A stretch of DNA of 37,532 bases from a virus (taxonomy: Duplodnaviria > Caudoviricetes): positions 1 through 37,532 of the IMG/VR virus record IMGVR_UViG_3300037961_005913. One strand, given 5' to 3'. Positions 7,399 to 16,907 of the stretch are shown here, one piece after another; positions within the stretch are counted from its first letter, which is position 1; each line of letters starts with the position of its first letter. The position numbers and the translations under genes were made by a program. Below the pieces are notes generated by a model. The model was not told the DNA's origin and did not search any database. It saw nothing but the letters and a program-made list of their open reading frames with translations.

Positions 7399-10371
7399 AT
7401 GCCAACAAGGATAGAACAAATACCTTATCAAGCAATATATGGGCAGATTGTTAGCAGCTTTCGTGATGAAACTGTTAACAAGACAAAGTATAGTGCGCCT
7501 CGTAACAATCCTGAATTAGTATCTGAAAGATACAAAGTAAGAATCTTCGGGAAAACCCGTCCCGAAACGCCTGCGGCAGAACTGCCCATGGCGCAGATTC
7601 GTAGTATCAGCAATCCCGTTGGTTCTGCTTCTCTTGGATTTGAACCTATCCTTTCTCCCAATTCTTTTGTTGAATTAGAGCAAGATTCTGGTGGTAATTG
7701 GTGGATTGTCAGAACTCTTGCAACAGTTCCAACTGGTTTACCACTAGTAGCGCCAGAGGGAAGTCCCTCTAGTGGCAACTTGCCTGGTGCAATCGTTCCC
7801 ACAAGACAAATCAAGCCTGGTAATTCAGGACTCGCAGGTGAACGTCCTACTACACCAGAACCAAACGCAGAGGATGAAAAGCAGGATAGAGATAACAAGG
7901 AAGAAAATCTCTTAACTGCATGTAAAAAAATAAACACTGATGCAATTAATTCAGAGATTACAAACTTAATCAAAGACTTAGAAAGTTTAAAAACTGAATT
8001 AACAGGTGAAGATAGTTTTCTGCAGACATCTCAAAATTTCTTTAACGACGCTCAAACAGAAGTTAGTGAATTAGTCGCTAAGGCTTCTAAAAAGATTGCT
8101 CGTTGGGTTTCTTGGTTGGTTCAAGAAATAAGAAGATTTGTAATGAGAAAAGTAAACGGAGCAATCTTTACTCTATCTGGAAACGCACCGTTATCTACAA
8201 GATTTCTTGTTAATGAAGCCACTAAGAAAACACTTAGTCTAATTTCATGTCTCTTCATTAGAATTCTAAAAAACCTAGAGGATCTGCTTTTTAACGCTCT
8301 TTCAGACATTGTTAATAAACTAGTTAACACTGCTCAGTGTTTGCTTGAAAGTTTTATTGCACAGTTTATTGGAGATATTTTTGGACAAATTACTGCATTA
8401 ATTAATGGTATTCTTGGAAATGTTTCCTCACTGCTTGGAAACGTTATTAGTTTTACTACAGAGATTATTGATTTTGCAATATCAATCTTAGATTTCCTTG
8501 AATGTAAACCAGAAAATATTTGCCCACAAACTGAAAAATGGAATCCACTTGAAGGTGGACAGAGAGAAAAAGTAAACTTAGATTTTAGAGGTATTTTCAG
8601 TTCTGCAAGAGGAATCGTTGAAGACTTTGAAGGACTAGCAGGCGTACCTGATGATATCGACAACTTCATCGAGAATTATAATTTCGGTTTTAATTCTAAT
8701 GGAGTCATTCAAGACTTAATCAATGGATGTAATCAATTCACTGGACCTGAAGCATGTGGACCTCCAAATGTTGTTTTCTGGGGAGGAACTGGCAATGGTG
8801 CAACAGGTAATGCTGTTGTAAATGGACTTGGAGATTTGATTGGTGTCGATTTACTTTCGATGGGCAACTTTAGTGAGGCACCATTCATCTCCATTGAAGA
8901 TAATTGTGGAAATGGAAGAGGTGCAATAGGTATACCTGTATTGGGCGAATATGTAACTGGTGATGATGGTAGTGATACTGGCACTGGTGATGATAGTGTT
9001 GGAGTTCGTCCAATTCATGTTCCTGCTGGACAAGATCCTGATTATAGTGTACCAGGAACAGTTATTCCTCCATTCGGAAAAGCACCTCCTGGTGTAGGAA
9101 CAACCATAGGAGTTGTTGATGTTTACTTCCCAGATTCAGGATATGGATATCTTCCCACGCCTGATGGTTCTAGAGGTGGCAGTGGCAGAACTTTCGCTGG
9201 TAGATGTGATACTATTGTTCAAAGAGCAAATGGCGATTATGACTCCGTTTATACTGAGGGAAATGTAATACGTCTATATTATGGAGACAGTGTTGAGTTG
9301 CCTGCATCTGGAAGAGTTACTATCGATTGTGATTTTACTATCGATATGTTGCCTGGAGCAGAAGAGATTGGTGAAAAGTATTGTTTCAAGGATATGACAT
9401 TCTTTGATACCTCTCAAATCAAAGTGGGAGGACCTGTGATTAAGAGTATGATTGGATTTGATGACACTAGAGGTGCAGATCCAGCAACAACACCGCCACT
9501 TAGTATTGAATGGGCAAACTATATCAAAGCACTAGAGGTAGCAGAGGAAACTCAACCATATTATGAGGCAAGAAGAAGAGAAGTAGAAGCTGGACTTGTT
9601 CCACCATATGGTTCAGGACGCCCAGATCAGTTCGGTTATATGAATGATTATCCCTATGCAAGGGAGTTGGGATTCAACGATACTGACATTAGATTCTATC
9701 TTGAGGGATTCTATACTAAACTTACTAATAAGAAGTTAGGACCTCTGATGAAATTTAAATTGGACGATCCTAACTTCGGTCCTATTCCATCATTCTTTAC
9801 TGTGACTGGAAGGGCTAATATGTTTGACTGTGAGAGTGATTATCCCAGAGCTCTTGCTGATGGATACAATGATATTGATATTCGTTATTTCTTAGAGAAT
9901 GTATGGAGAGGAGAAGTTGATGATTGTATGCAGAGAAAGTTGAATGATAGTTCCTGGGGAAGAGCACCAGAATATTATGTCACTTTGACAGCACCTGGAT
10001 GTCCTCCTACCGATGCACCACAAGATGATTCTTATAATGTTGCTCCAGTCATTGGAGACGTTGTGATTGAAGATCCTGGATTTGGATATAGTGATGGTGA
10101 CACTGTTACTGTGTTAAATTGTGCAGGAGAAGATGACGAATCTACGATAGTTGAAATTGATGTTGATAATGCAGGAAGAATCATCAAGGCAAGAGTCGTT
10201 CAGACTGGAAGTAGTTACGCATGTATTCCCGTAATCAGAATAAATACCAATACTGGAAACAATGGTGTATTGAAAGCTATCATGAGATTTGAGCAAGAAG
10301 TCGCTGGTGGTGACTTTGATATTGGAGATGGTGAGGTTCTGAGTGTAATCGATTGTGTAGGTAAGATTTAA
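7399..10371 (+). CDS. gp5: gp5-like baseplate hub/central spike protein
   Basis: N-terminal OB-fold-like RYKVRIFG..ELPMAQ, then a Cys-containing helical region and GxG beta-repeats; ends VIDCVGK; follows the hub gene. Confidence 0.65.
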   Translation: MPTRIEQIPYQAIYGQIVSSFRDETVNKTKYSAPRNNPELVSERYKVRIFGKTRPETPAAELPMAQIRSISNPVGSASLGFEPILSPNSFVELEQDSGGNWWIVRTLATVPTGLPLVAPEGSPSSGNLPGAIVPTRQIKPGNSGLAGERPTTPEPNAEDEKQDRDNKEENLLTACKKINTDAINSEITNLIKDLESLKTELTGEDSFLQTSQNFFNDAQTEVSELVAKASKKIARWVSWLVQEIRRFVMRKVNGAIFTLSGNAPLSTRFLVNEATKKTLSLISCLFIRILKNLEDLLFNALSDIVNKLVNTAQCLLESFIAQFIGDIFGQITALINGILGNVSSLLGNVISFTTEIIDFAISILDFLECKPENICPQTEKWNPLEGGQREKVNLDFRGIFSSARGIVEDFEGLAGVPDDIDNFIENYNFGFNSNGVIQDLINGCNQFTGPEACGPPNVVFWGGTGNGATGNAVVNGLGDLIGVDLLSMGNFSEAPFISIEDNCGNGRGAIGIPVLGEYVTGDDGSDTGTGDDSVGVRPIHVPAGQDPDYSVPGTVIPPFGKAPPGVGTTIGVVDVYFPDSGYGYLPTPDGSRGGSGRTFAGRCDTIVQRANGDYDSVYTEGNVIRLYYGDSVELPASGRVTIDCDFTIDMLPGAEEIGEKYCFKDMTFFDTSQIKVGGPVIKSMIGFDDTRGADPATTPPLSIEWANYIKALEVAEETQPYYEARRREVEAGLVPPYGSGRPDQFGYMNDYPYARELGFNDTDIRFYLEGFYTKLTNKKLGPLMKFKLDDPNFGPIPSFFTVTGRANMFDCESDYPRALADGYNDIDIRYFLENVWRGEVDDCMQRKLNDSSWGRAPEYYVTLTAPGCPPTDAPQDDSYNVAPVIGDVVIEDPGFGYSDGDTVTVLNCAGEDDESTIVEIDVDNAGRIIKARVVQTGSSYACIPVIRINTNTGNNGVLKAIMRFEQEVAGGDFDIGDGEVLSVIDCVGKI

Positions 10372-10988
10372 TGTCAGAGCAATCAGTTCAGAATTATCGC
10401 CCACTAGGCACTAACGAAGGCATCATTGAATTTGGTGATGTGATGAGCAATAATGCCAAAATGGCAGTTATGATTCGTCGTATTTTTCCATCAAAGTTTA
10501 GAAAGAGTCAATATATTGGACTCCAGATGAGTGGTAAACTTGATGGAGGCATCATTAATAGTGCTCCATCGGTTTATACCATTCTTTGTGGAGAAAAACC
10601 AGTCAATGATACTGCTATGTTCTGCAGAGCAGAGAATGGTGACATCATTCTTTCTGCTCCAAATGGTAGAATTAGAATGATGGCAGAGGATATTGACATC
10701 ATTGCTAGCGGAAATGGAATTGATACTGGATTCGTAAATTTAAGAGCAAATTCTGCCATTGATGGAGAAGCACCCACAATTCAACTTCAAGCACAAGATG
10801 CATTATCTCTTGGTTCGGAAAGAGATATAAACATGAATTGTCCTGGGATAACAAAAGTCTCTACTGGAGACTATCAATTAGTGGAATCACCTGATGTATC
10901 CCCCGTCACATCACCGCTTGGAAGTGGTAGTCTTACCTTGCCTGCTCAGATAGAAGGACTGGCAAAATTGATACGGAGTTTAGGATAA
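10371..10988 (+). CDS. Baseplate/spike-associated protein (beta-helix-like)
   Basis: 205 aa, translationally coupled to the gp5-like gene; AENGDIILSAPNGRIRMMAEDIDI resembles spike beta-strands. Confidence 0.5.
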   Translation: MSEQSVQNYRPLGTNEGIIEFGDVMSNNAKMAVMIRRIFPSKFRKSQYIGLQMSGKLDGGIINSAPSVYTILCGEKPVNDTAMFCRAENGDIILSAPNGRIRMMAEDIDIIASGNGIDTGFVNLRANSAIDGEAPTIQLQAQDALSLGSERDINMNCPGITKVSTGDYQLVESPDVSPVTSPLGSGSLTLPAQIEGLAKLIRSLG

Positions 10989-10989
10989 T

Positions 10990-11982
10990 ATGGAAGTAAC
11001 AGACATTCATGTAGGAAAACAACTTGTTTGTAGTTTCTCTCCAGTAGGAGTAAGCATCAATCCTCCATTGGCATATGGATTCGGTCCGACTGCTGTGCCT
11101 GGAACTGGACATTTTAATGGTGGTGTGCTTATAGGAGATCCGTTAAACTTTCCCATTCCAAACATACCTAGTGCGACTCTGATGGTGGGTAGGGCGAATG
11201 CTATCCAAAATCCACTTGCAGCGATATCACCAAGTCTTTTCAAAGTATCAAATTTAGCATCTCCAGTTCCGCCAACACCAATTGATGTGATGCTTGGCGA
11301 TCCTGGCAAGGGAATAGTTGGTATTACTATCAACTCATTGATGATTAATATTGTCAATAAAAGTGTAATTAATATTGCGACTCCCCTTTTAAATGTAGTG
11401 GCATTGAAAAATCATGCTGGTGTTCAAGTTGATGCTGGAGCAGTTGTAGAGGCAGGTGCTCAGGCGGAGGCAGGTGCTGAGGCAAGAGCAGGTGCTAAAG
11501 TTACCATGGGTCCTCAAGTAATCAATGGTTTCTTAATCGTTGATAAAACTGTCACTGCGACAAAATACTTTGGCGATATTAGTTTATGTACTGGTAAGAA
11601 AAACTTTGATATTAAACACCCCACCAAGGAGGGACATAGACTTAGATACGTTTGTGCTGAAGCTCCAACTGCTGACGTGTATGTCAGAGGTACGTTAGAA
11701 AACTCAAGTGTAATTGAATTGCCTGACTATTGGAGAGGATTGGTAGATCCTGAATCAATCACTGTAAGTCTGACTCCAGTTGGATATCATCAGGAATTGT
11801 TTGTAGAGAGTATTCAATGGGGAAGTAGAGTCATTGTCAAGAATAATGCTGGAGGTTCAATCAAGTGTCACTATACAGTTCATGCTGAGAGAGCAGATTG
11901 TGAAAAGAATATTCCTGAGTATGAGGGCTTGACAATTGAAGATTATCCAGGAGATAATAGTGAATGTAATATCAATGTATAA
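10990..11982 (+). CDS. Virion protein with AGA repeats and C-terminal chaperone-like domain
   Basis: VDAGAVVEAGAQAEAGAEARAGA repeats; C-terminal KNFDIKHP..LRY..E.P..RG..IELPDYW..LTP domain seen in phage fibre/spike proteins. Confidence 0.55.
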   Translation: MEVTDIHVGKQLVCSFSPVGVSINPPLAYGFGPTAVPGTGHFNGGVLIGDPLNFPIPNIPSATLMVGRANAIQNPLAAISPSLFKVSNLASPVPPTPIDVMLGDPGKGIVGITINSLMINIVNKSVINIATPLLNVVALKNHAGVQVDAGAVVEAGAQAEAGAEARAGAKVTMGPQVINGFLIVDKTVTATKYFGDISLCTGKKNFDIKHPTKEGHRLRYVCAEAPTADVYVRGTLENSSVIELPDYWRGLVDPESITVSLTPVGYHQELFVESIQWGSRVIVKNNAGGSIKCHYTVHAERADCEKNIPEYEGLTIEDYPGDNSECNINV

Positions 11983-12656
11983 TGAAAGTTCATGAAGTCT
12001 TTCCCACAGTAGTGGTACAAGATACTATTGATAATCATTATGAGTTTAAGACACAATATTTTGAAGAATTAAAATCTCAATGGTTTAATGGATATGAAAA
12101 TGAAACTCCAGAAAATTCAGGTAGAGCGTCTTTACAGTTAAATAATAATTATCACAGTCTCTTTAAATCTATTGCTAAATCAACAAAAAAATATCTTGAA
12201 CTTTTCGAGGTTCAACATGACAAACTAGATATTGCTATCGTAAAAGCATGGGTGGGATATCATAATAAAGATATCCCACAATTAACTCCCCATATTCATA
12301 ATTGTTCAGATATTTCTTTTGTATACTATCTTTCATCTGACGAATCTTCTGATAAATTTTGTGTTCATAACACAAATAATCTAAATGAAGTTAGTGGATG
12401 TATGTTTGAAACTGGAAATGAATTTAACCTTATTTCAAGGTTTAATAAGTATAATTGTCCTCAATATACTATTACTCCACATGAGGGGACGGTAGTAATC
12501 TTTCCAAGTGAATTAAAACATTCAACTTTAAAGAGGGATAATTTGGGTGATAGATATGTTATTGCAGGAGATATTAAATTATCTCTGAAACCAGAGTACA
12601 ATCATTACCATCAAAATATGCCAAGTCCAGATGTGTGGCTCACTATTAAGGATTAA
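11982..12656 (+). CDS. Putative 2OG-Fe(II) oxygenase (TIGR02466-like)
   Basis: FPT start, AWV..PHIH..ISFVYY..VVIFPSELKH..RYVIA. Confidence 0.75.
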   Translation: MKVHEVFPTVVVQDTIDNHYEFKTQYFEELKSQWFNGYENETPENSGRASLQLNNNYHSLFKSIAKSTKKYLELFEVQHDKLDIAIVKAWVGYHNKDIPQLTPHIHNCSDISFVYYLSSDESSDKFCVHNTNNLNEVSGCMFETGNEFNLISRFNKYNCPQYTITPHEGTVVIFPSELKHSTLKRDNLGDRYVIAGDIKLSLKPEYNHYHQNMPSPDVWLTIKD

Positions 12657-12661
12657 GATAA

Positions 12662-14119
12662 ATGTTATCTACTGAATTAAGAAATCAAGCGAATGAGGAT
12701 ATTGTCTTTGCGACTGAAAACCTTAAACATTTGCAGAATAAAATTGTAGAGTTAGATGGAGTAGATAAGGCTCTATACGATCAGGGTATTGTAAAATTAG
12801 AACTTGATGTACTTGAAGATCTTGAACATGTAAACAGAGGTTTTGCTGATGTTTCAAATGCTTATGATGATCGCATCGTAAGTGGATGTAGAACTGATAT
12901 GTTCTGGAGATTGGTTGGCATTGATAGCATGTCTACTCCTATCAATTATAATCTTGAATGCACTAGATTAAATTCTGGTGGATATGGTTTAACCACAGAA
13001 TCTATTGCATATCAAGAGGATGGTGATGAACCCATAGGGCTTGGTGCATCAGTTGGATACGTTGGTGCTACAGGAATTGTCACTTACTATCCAGCAAATG
13101 CAAACTATGAAGGCGATCCTGCACCTGGTATTGTAGACGATCCATATTTTGGTTTTGATAGAAGAAACAGATATGGACTGAAGTATTACATAGAACCTTA
13201 TGGTGTAGATATTGGAGATACTGTTGTAGGAAAGTTTATTGGCACTTGTACTGCAGGTAGTCAAACTGTTACCGTAATGCAACCAGTTGGAATCGGACTT
13301 ACATTTGAAGTAGGACAACTTGTTAGTGTTGCTAAAACTTCAGTGTTCAATGGTACTAGAGAGATTACTGGACTTACAACAGTAGCAGATTTTGATTTAA
13401 GAGCAATTCCTGGAATCGGAACAACTGCTGGAACTGTCAGTCTCCTCACTTTAAATCTTGCTGTTGCAGACGATGCTAGTGCTCCAGAGGTAGATGGAAG
13501 TTTTGTTGAATTTACCCTCTTAGACGATCCTGATGAGTTTCAGGATCAGGGTAGAAGAGCGTATGAAATTGAATTTACTAAAAACCCGTTTGTTCCACAA
13601 ACTATTGCCATTGCAACCACTGAAACTGTGGGAGTTGGTGTATCAGTATTCCTCACTCAAACTGGAGACTTGCCAAATGAACGAACTTGGAATTCTAACT
13701 TAGAAGCAATTGGTACACCTGAACCTAGAGTTAGTGCGGGACAAGAGTTTTATAGGGTAGGTTTCGGACATGCTCCTATATCTGGGGGAAACAGAGCAGC
13801 TGAGGGCACTGTAATATCAGTCACAAGTCTATCACTAAGCATCTATCAGAAGTTGGATGATTGTTCCTCTGATGTAGAGGACGCTATTACAGATGCGCTG
13901 GGTATTTCTAGTACAAGAGAAACTGCCCTAATTAATCAAGAGGCAGACACTTTACTAAAACTGGACGCATCACAAGCTCTCAGAAGCGAAAGAAATGATG
14001 TCTCTATTCAAATCTTTGGTATTAGAAAAATTATTGGTGAGGAAAATGTTAAAGTTGATAGATTAGAAAGACTCAAAGTATTTTTAGACAACAGTACAAT
14101 TACCGACGTAGTAGAATGA
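12662..14119 (+). CDS. Hypothetical virion structural protein
   Basis: 485 aa acidic ORF with helical termini and a beta-rich 'GIGTT'-containing centre. Confidence 0.55.
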   Translation: MLSTELRNQANEDIVFATENLKHLQNKIVELDGVDKALYDQGIVKLELDVLEDLEHVNRGFADVSNAYDDRIVSGCRTDMFWRLVGIDSMSTPINYNLECTRLNSGGYGLTTESIAYQEDGDEPIGLGASVGYVGATGIVTYYPANANYEGDPAPGIVDDPYFGFDRRNRYGLKYYIEPYGVDIGDTVVGKFIGTCTAGSQTVTVMQPVGIGLTFEVGQLVSVAKTSVFNGTREITGLTTVADFDLRAIPGIGTTAGTVSLLTLNLAVADDASAPEVDGSFVEFTLLDDPDEFQDQGRRAYEIEFTKNPFVPQTIAIATTETVGVGVSVFLTQTGDLPNERTWNSNLEAIGTPEPRVSAGQEFYRVGFGHAPISGGNRAAEGTVISVTSLSLSIYQKLDDCSSDVEDAITDALGISSTRETALINQEADTLLKLDASQALRSERNDVSIQIFGIRKIIGEENVKVDRLERLKVFLDNSTITDVVE

Positions 14120-14355
14120 ACTTCAAAATGATTCATGGAAAATCTAATAAGAAACTTATCACTCTTCCTGAGGACTGGAGTGAAGACGTTGACATTTCAA
14201 CCATTTCTGTTCATCTGACTCCAGCAGGGGCAACGCAAGGACTTCATGTCAAGCGACAGCAGGGCAGAGAGATTCATGTAGAGAGCAGTCGTGGAATGCC
14301 CCTGGACTATTACTATTGCGTCATCGGTGAGTTTCTTGACACAGAGGAGGAATAG
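14116..14355 (+). CDS. Small protein paralogous to the C-terminal domain of 10990..11982
   Basis: ITLPEDWSEDVDISTISVHLTPAG aligns with IELPDYWRGLVDPESITVSLTPVG. Confidence 0.7.
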   Translation: MNFKMIHGKSNKKLITLPEDWSEDVDISTISVHLTPAGATQGLHVKRQQGREIHVESSRGMPLDYYYCVIGEFLDTEEE

Positions 14356-14364
14356 GACTATAAT
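14336..14364 (+). promoter_or_regulatory. Sigma70-type promoter
   Basis: Perfect TTGACA (14336-41), 17 nt, TATAAT (14359-64). Confidence 0.88.
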
Positions 14365-14387
14365 AAGCAGGTAAACAAACAAACCCC

Positions 14388-14570
14388 ATGCAAGACGAAT
14401 ACCTCACCCGTTGCGTTGTTGACACCAGTGCTCGCAAGTTTTATCTGTACTCCAACGATGGGGATGAGAAAGTCATTGACTGTGACAATGTTGAACAGTT
14501 CATGGGTGTACTAGAGTATGTTCGAGAGAACACTCCTGAAGACATTCTTGCTTATGCTAATCCACTCTGA
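14388..14570 (+). CDS. Hypothetical protein (cyanophage-type)
   Basis: 60 aa ORF immediately downstream of the promoter. Confidence 0.75.
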   Translation: MQDEYLTRCVVDTSARKFYLYSNDGDEKVIDCDNVEQFMGVLEYVRENTPEDILAYANPL

Positions 14571-14605
14571 ATCCCTGTACAAAGAAATTATCAAGTGTTA
14601 CGAGT

Positions 14606-14761
14606 ATGAGAACAGAAACCCGTCAATCTATGGAAATGTTATTCGCGGCGAAATGGAATTTACCCAAAGCAGCGAAGAATTGCAATCTGACGGACAAGGA
14701 GATGAAAATCACCTTCAATGAATATTGCCGTCTCAATCCTCCTACCTGGGAAGAGGGTTGA
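14606..14761 (+). CDS. Hypothetical protein, 51 aa (absent from the ORF track)
   Basis: Translated by hand: MRTETRQSMEMLFAAKWNLPKAAKNCNLTDKEMKITFNEYCRLNPPTWEEG; fills the gap before the tRNA. Confidence 0.7.
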   Translation: MRTETRQSMEMLFAAKWNLPKAAKNCNLTDKEMKITFNEYCRLNPPTWEEG

Positions 14762-14767
14762 TTTTTC

Positions 14768-14852
14768 GCGAGTGTGGCGGAATCGGTAGACGCACCAGAC
14801 TTAAAATCTGTTGAGAATTAATCTCGTGGGGGTTCAAGTCCCCCCACTCGCA
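14768..14852 (+). tRNA. trnL: tRNA-Leu (anticodon UAA), CCA not encoded
   Basis: Acceptor stem GCGAGTG/CACTCGC, D-arm TGGCGGAATCGGTAGACGC, anticodon loop CT-TAA-AA, long variable arm GAGA-ATTAA-TCTC, T-arm GGGGG-TTCAAGT-CCCCC. Confidence 0.95.
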
Positions 14853-14862
14853 TGATACTGTT

Positions 14863-15618
14863 ATGGAATACTGGTATATCTTTCCAATATCTGTTTGCAT
14901 TGCTATTGTGGCAAATGCATCTGGATTTTCTGGAAGCGTTTTGTTTCAACCCATATTTAATTTTTTCCTACAAATCCCTATTGAAAGTTCTATTGCAACA
15001 GGAATTGCAACAGAGACTATAGGGATGAGTAGCGGTGCATATCGCTATTACAGAATGGGAAAGGTGAACATGAAATTGGTAATCAAAGTATTACCATTTG
15101 TGATTATAGGTATTATATGGGGAGTCTTTGTATTCATCACACTCCCAAAACTTATCTTAAGACTAGTCGTTGGTGCTGTTATCTTTTCGATAGCATCCAA
15201 ACAATTATTCATAGCACTGAAAGGTAACTACCTAATTAAGGAAAAGAAAGACATATCTTGTACCATACCAGAACAGGTTTTTGCAGGAGTTGCATCTGCA
15301 TCAACTGGGACAGGGATGGCAGAGATTCATCAACCAATCTTTGAGCATGAAATAGGATTGGAAACCAAAAAAGCAAATGCATCTGCTATCATGGTAGAAG
15401 CACTGGGTAATTGGTTAATCTCTTTCTTTAATTTGTCTGTTGGCAACATTAGGTTTGATATTCTTATCTTCAGTTCTGTTGGCGTCTTGATTGGTTCTCA
15501 AATTGGTGCTATTATATCTCCATACCTTCCTGACAGAATTCTGAAGATTGTCTTCGGAGTTTCTGTGTCCATTATCGGATTGATATACATTATTACCTCA
15601 GCACATGTATTGTATTGA
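14863..15618 (+). CDS. TauE/SafE (TSUP) family membrane permease
   Basis: 251 aa with about 7-8 hydrophobic helices in two repeats; SGFSGSVLFQP, A..TGTG....P and GSQIGAIISPYLPDRILKIVF match the family pattern. Confidence 0.8.
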   Translation: MEYWYIFPISVCIAIVANASGFSGSVLFQPIFNFFLQIPIESSIATGIATETIGMSSGAYRYYRMGKVNMKLVIKVLPFVIIGIIWGVFVFITLPKLILRLVVGAVIFSIASKQLFIALKGNYLIKEKKDISCTIPEQVFAGVASASTGTGMAEIHQPIFEHEIGLETKKANASAIMVEALGNWLISFFNLSVGNIRFDILIFSSVGVLIGSQIGAIISPYLPDRILKIVFGVSVSIIGLIYIITSAHVLY

Positions 15619-16075
15619 TAATTTCCTGTCAGACATTGATTACCAAATGGTGATTGATTACTGCTATACTGCACCATATCACTTTGGCGAGAGGGATAAT
15701 CCACATCATCCTCCAACTGGCATGGTGTCAACAATTGAAGAGGAGTGGGTAAAGAATCTGTTTCAGTCAGAAATTAACTCACAGGTATCAGAGGTTGAAG
15801 GTAAAGAACCTTACAGGATGTATATTAATTGCTTTGCACCTGGAGAGAATCCGTACTATCATACGGATGGTGATGAAGGAATCACTTGTCTCTTCTATGT
15901 AAATCCTAATGTAGAAATTGATGATGGTGGTAGCACACAACTGATACTTGATAGAGAATCAGTAAATCTTCTGCCAATACCAAACAGACTATGTGTCTTC
16001 GATGCAAATATTATTCATCGTGCCACTAGTTTTAGAGACAAACATAGATTTACCATTGCTGTTAAATACAATTAA
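15605..16075 (+). CDS. 2OG-Fe(II) oxygenase
   Basis: RMYIN..YHTD..CLFYVN..GGST..PNRLCVFDANIIHRA..RFTIA. Confidence 0.85.
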   Translation: MYCIDNFLSDIDYQMVIDYCYTAPYHFGERDNPHHPPTGMVSTIEEEWVKNLFQSEINSQVSEVEGKEPYRMYINCFAPGENPYYHTDGDEGITCLFYVNPNVEIDDGGSTQLILDRESVNLLPIPNRLCVFDANIIHRATSFRDKHRFTIAVKYN

Positions 16076-16088
16076 CTAAGTTCTTTCT

Positions 16089-16271
16089 ATGAAGATTAAC
16101 CTCTGGTATTCAAAGAGTATGGAACAATGGCGCTGGACTCTCTCTGAAGAGTTTAAAAATGGTGTCACAAAGTTGGAACAACATTCTGGACAAAGAATTT
16201 ATCTGCGTGATGCAATGGAAGATGTTGCCAAAACCGTAGAGTATATGTTAGATGAGCGAGAAAAGAAATAA
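16089..16271 (+). CDS. Hypothetical protein (cyanophage-type)
   Basis: 60 aa, MKINLWYSKSMEQWRWTL...; compact operon fit. Confidence 0.7.
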   Translation: MKINLWYSKSMEQWRWTLSEEFKNGVTKLEQHSGQRIYLRDAMEDVAKTVEYMLDEREKK

Positions 16272-16884
16272 ATTTTACATAGACAGAGTTGATAAAGATA
16301 GTTGTAAAGATTTACTGTATAACTATCATTATCTAAAAGATGAATCAAAAGATTTCAAGTCGGGATATAATTATGGACTTTTTAGACACACCGACTGGGA
16401 CTGCCCTCTTAATATTGGTGGGTGTCTTGCCGTTTGTATTTTTACTGGGCTCCCTGTTCCTGAAATCGCCAAAGGAGCATTTGGACTAGAAAGAGATGAA
16501 CAGGATGGACTATTTGAATTATCCAGACTGTGTGTAAATCCCCAACTCCAGAAAGAAGAATACAACATTACATCTTGGTTTGTTAGTCGTTGCATCAAAA
16601 GATTCAGAAAAGATGCAAATGTTCGTGCTATCCTCAGTTATGCTGACTCTGCTCATCATGGTGGAATCATATATAGAGCATGTAATTTTAATTATTATGG
16701 GTTGACAGACTCAAAGAAAGACTTCTATTTTGCTGACGGAACAAAGCATTCTAGAGGTAGTGTCAAAGGTGCTGATGGTGAGTGGAAAGATAGAAGTAGA
16801 AAGCATAGATATTTGATGGTGTTTGACAATTCTCTCAAGGTTTTGTGGAAAGAGGAGAGTTGGAGGACTATAAATAATCCATAG
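16252..16884 (+). CDS. Mom-like (GNAT-fold) DNA modification protein
   Basis: YHYL..ELSRLC..SWFVSR..ILSYAD..H.GIIYRACNF.YYG..KHRY resembles the phage Mu Mom family. Confidence 0.72.
   Translation: MSEKRNKFYIDRVDKDSCKDLLYNYHYLKDESKDFKSGYNYGLFRHTDWDCPLNIGGCLAVCIFTGLPVPEIAKGAFGLERDEQDGLFELSRLCVNPQLQKEEYNITSWFVSRCIKRFRKDANVRAILSYADSAHHGGIIYRACNFNYYGLTDSKKDFYFADGTKHSRGSVKGADGEWKDRSRKHRYLMVFDNSLKVLWKEESWRTINNP
16869..16876 (+). promoter_or_regulatory. T4-type late promoter
   Basis: Exact TATAAATA 31 nt upstream of the 1975-aa gene. Confidence 0.8.
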
Positions 16885-16907
16885 CAAATAGATAGTGCGA
16901 TAGTAAG

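Noticed and set aside
14518-14721. 67-aa ORF in the track
   Set aside because: It overlaps 14388..14570 and the better-fitting 14606..14761 ORF in another frame.
14768-14862. tRNA as an attachment site for an integrated element
   Set aside because: I found no duplicated tRNA 3' end and no integrase in the window.
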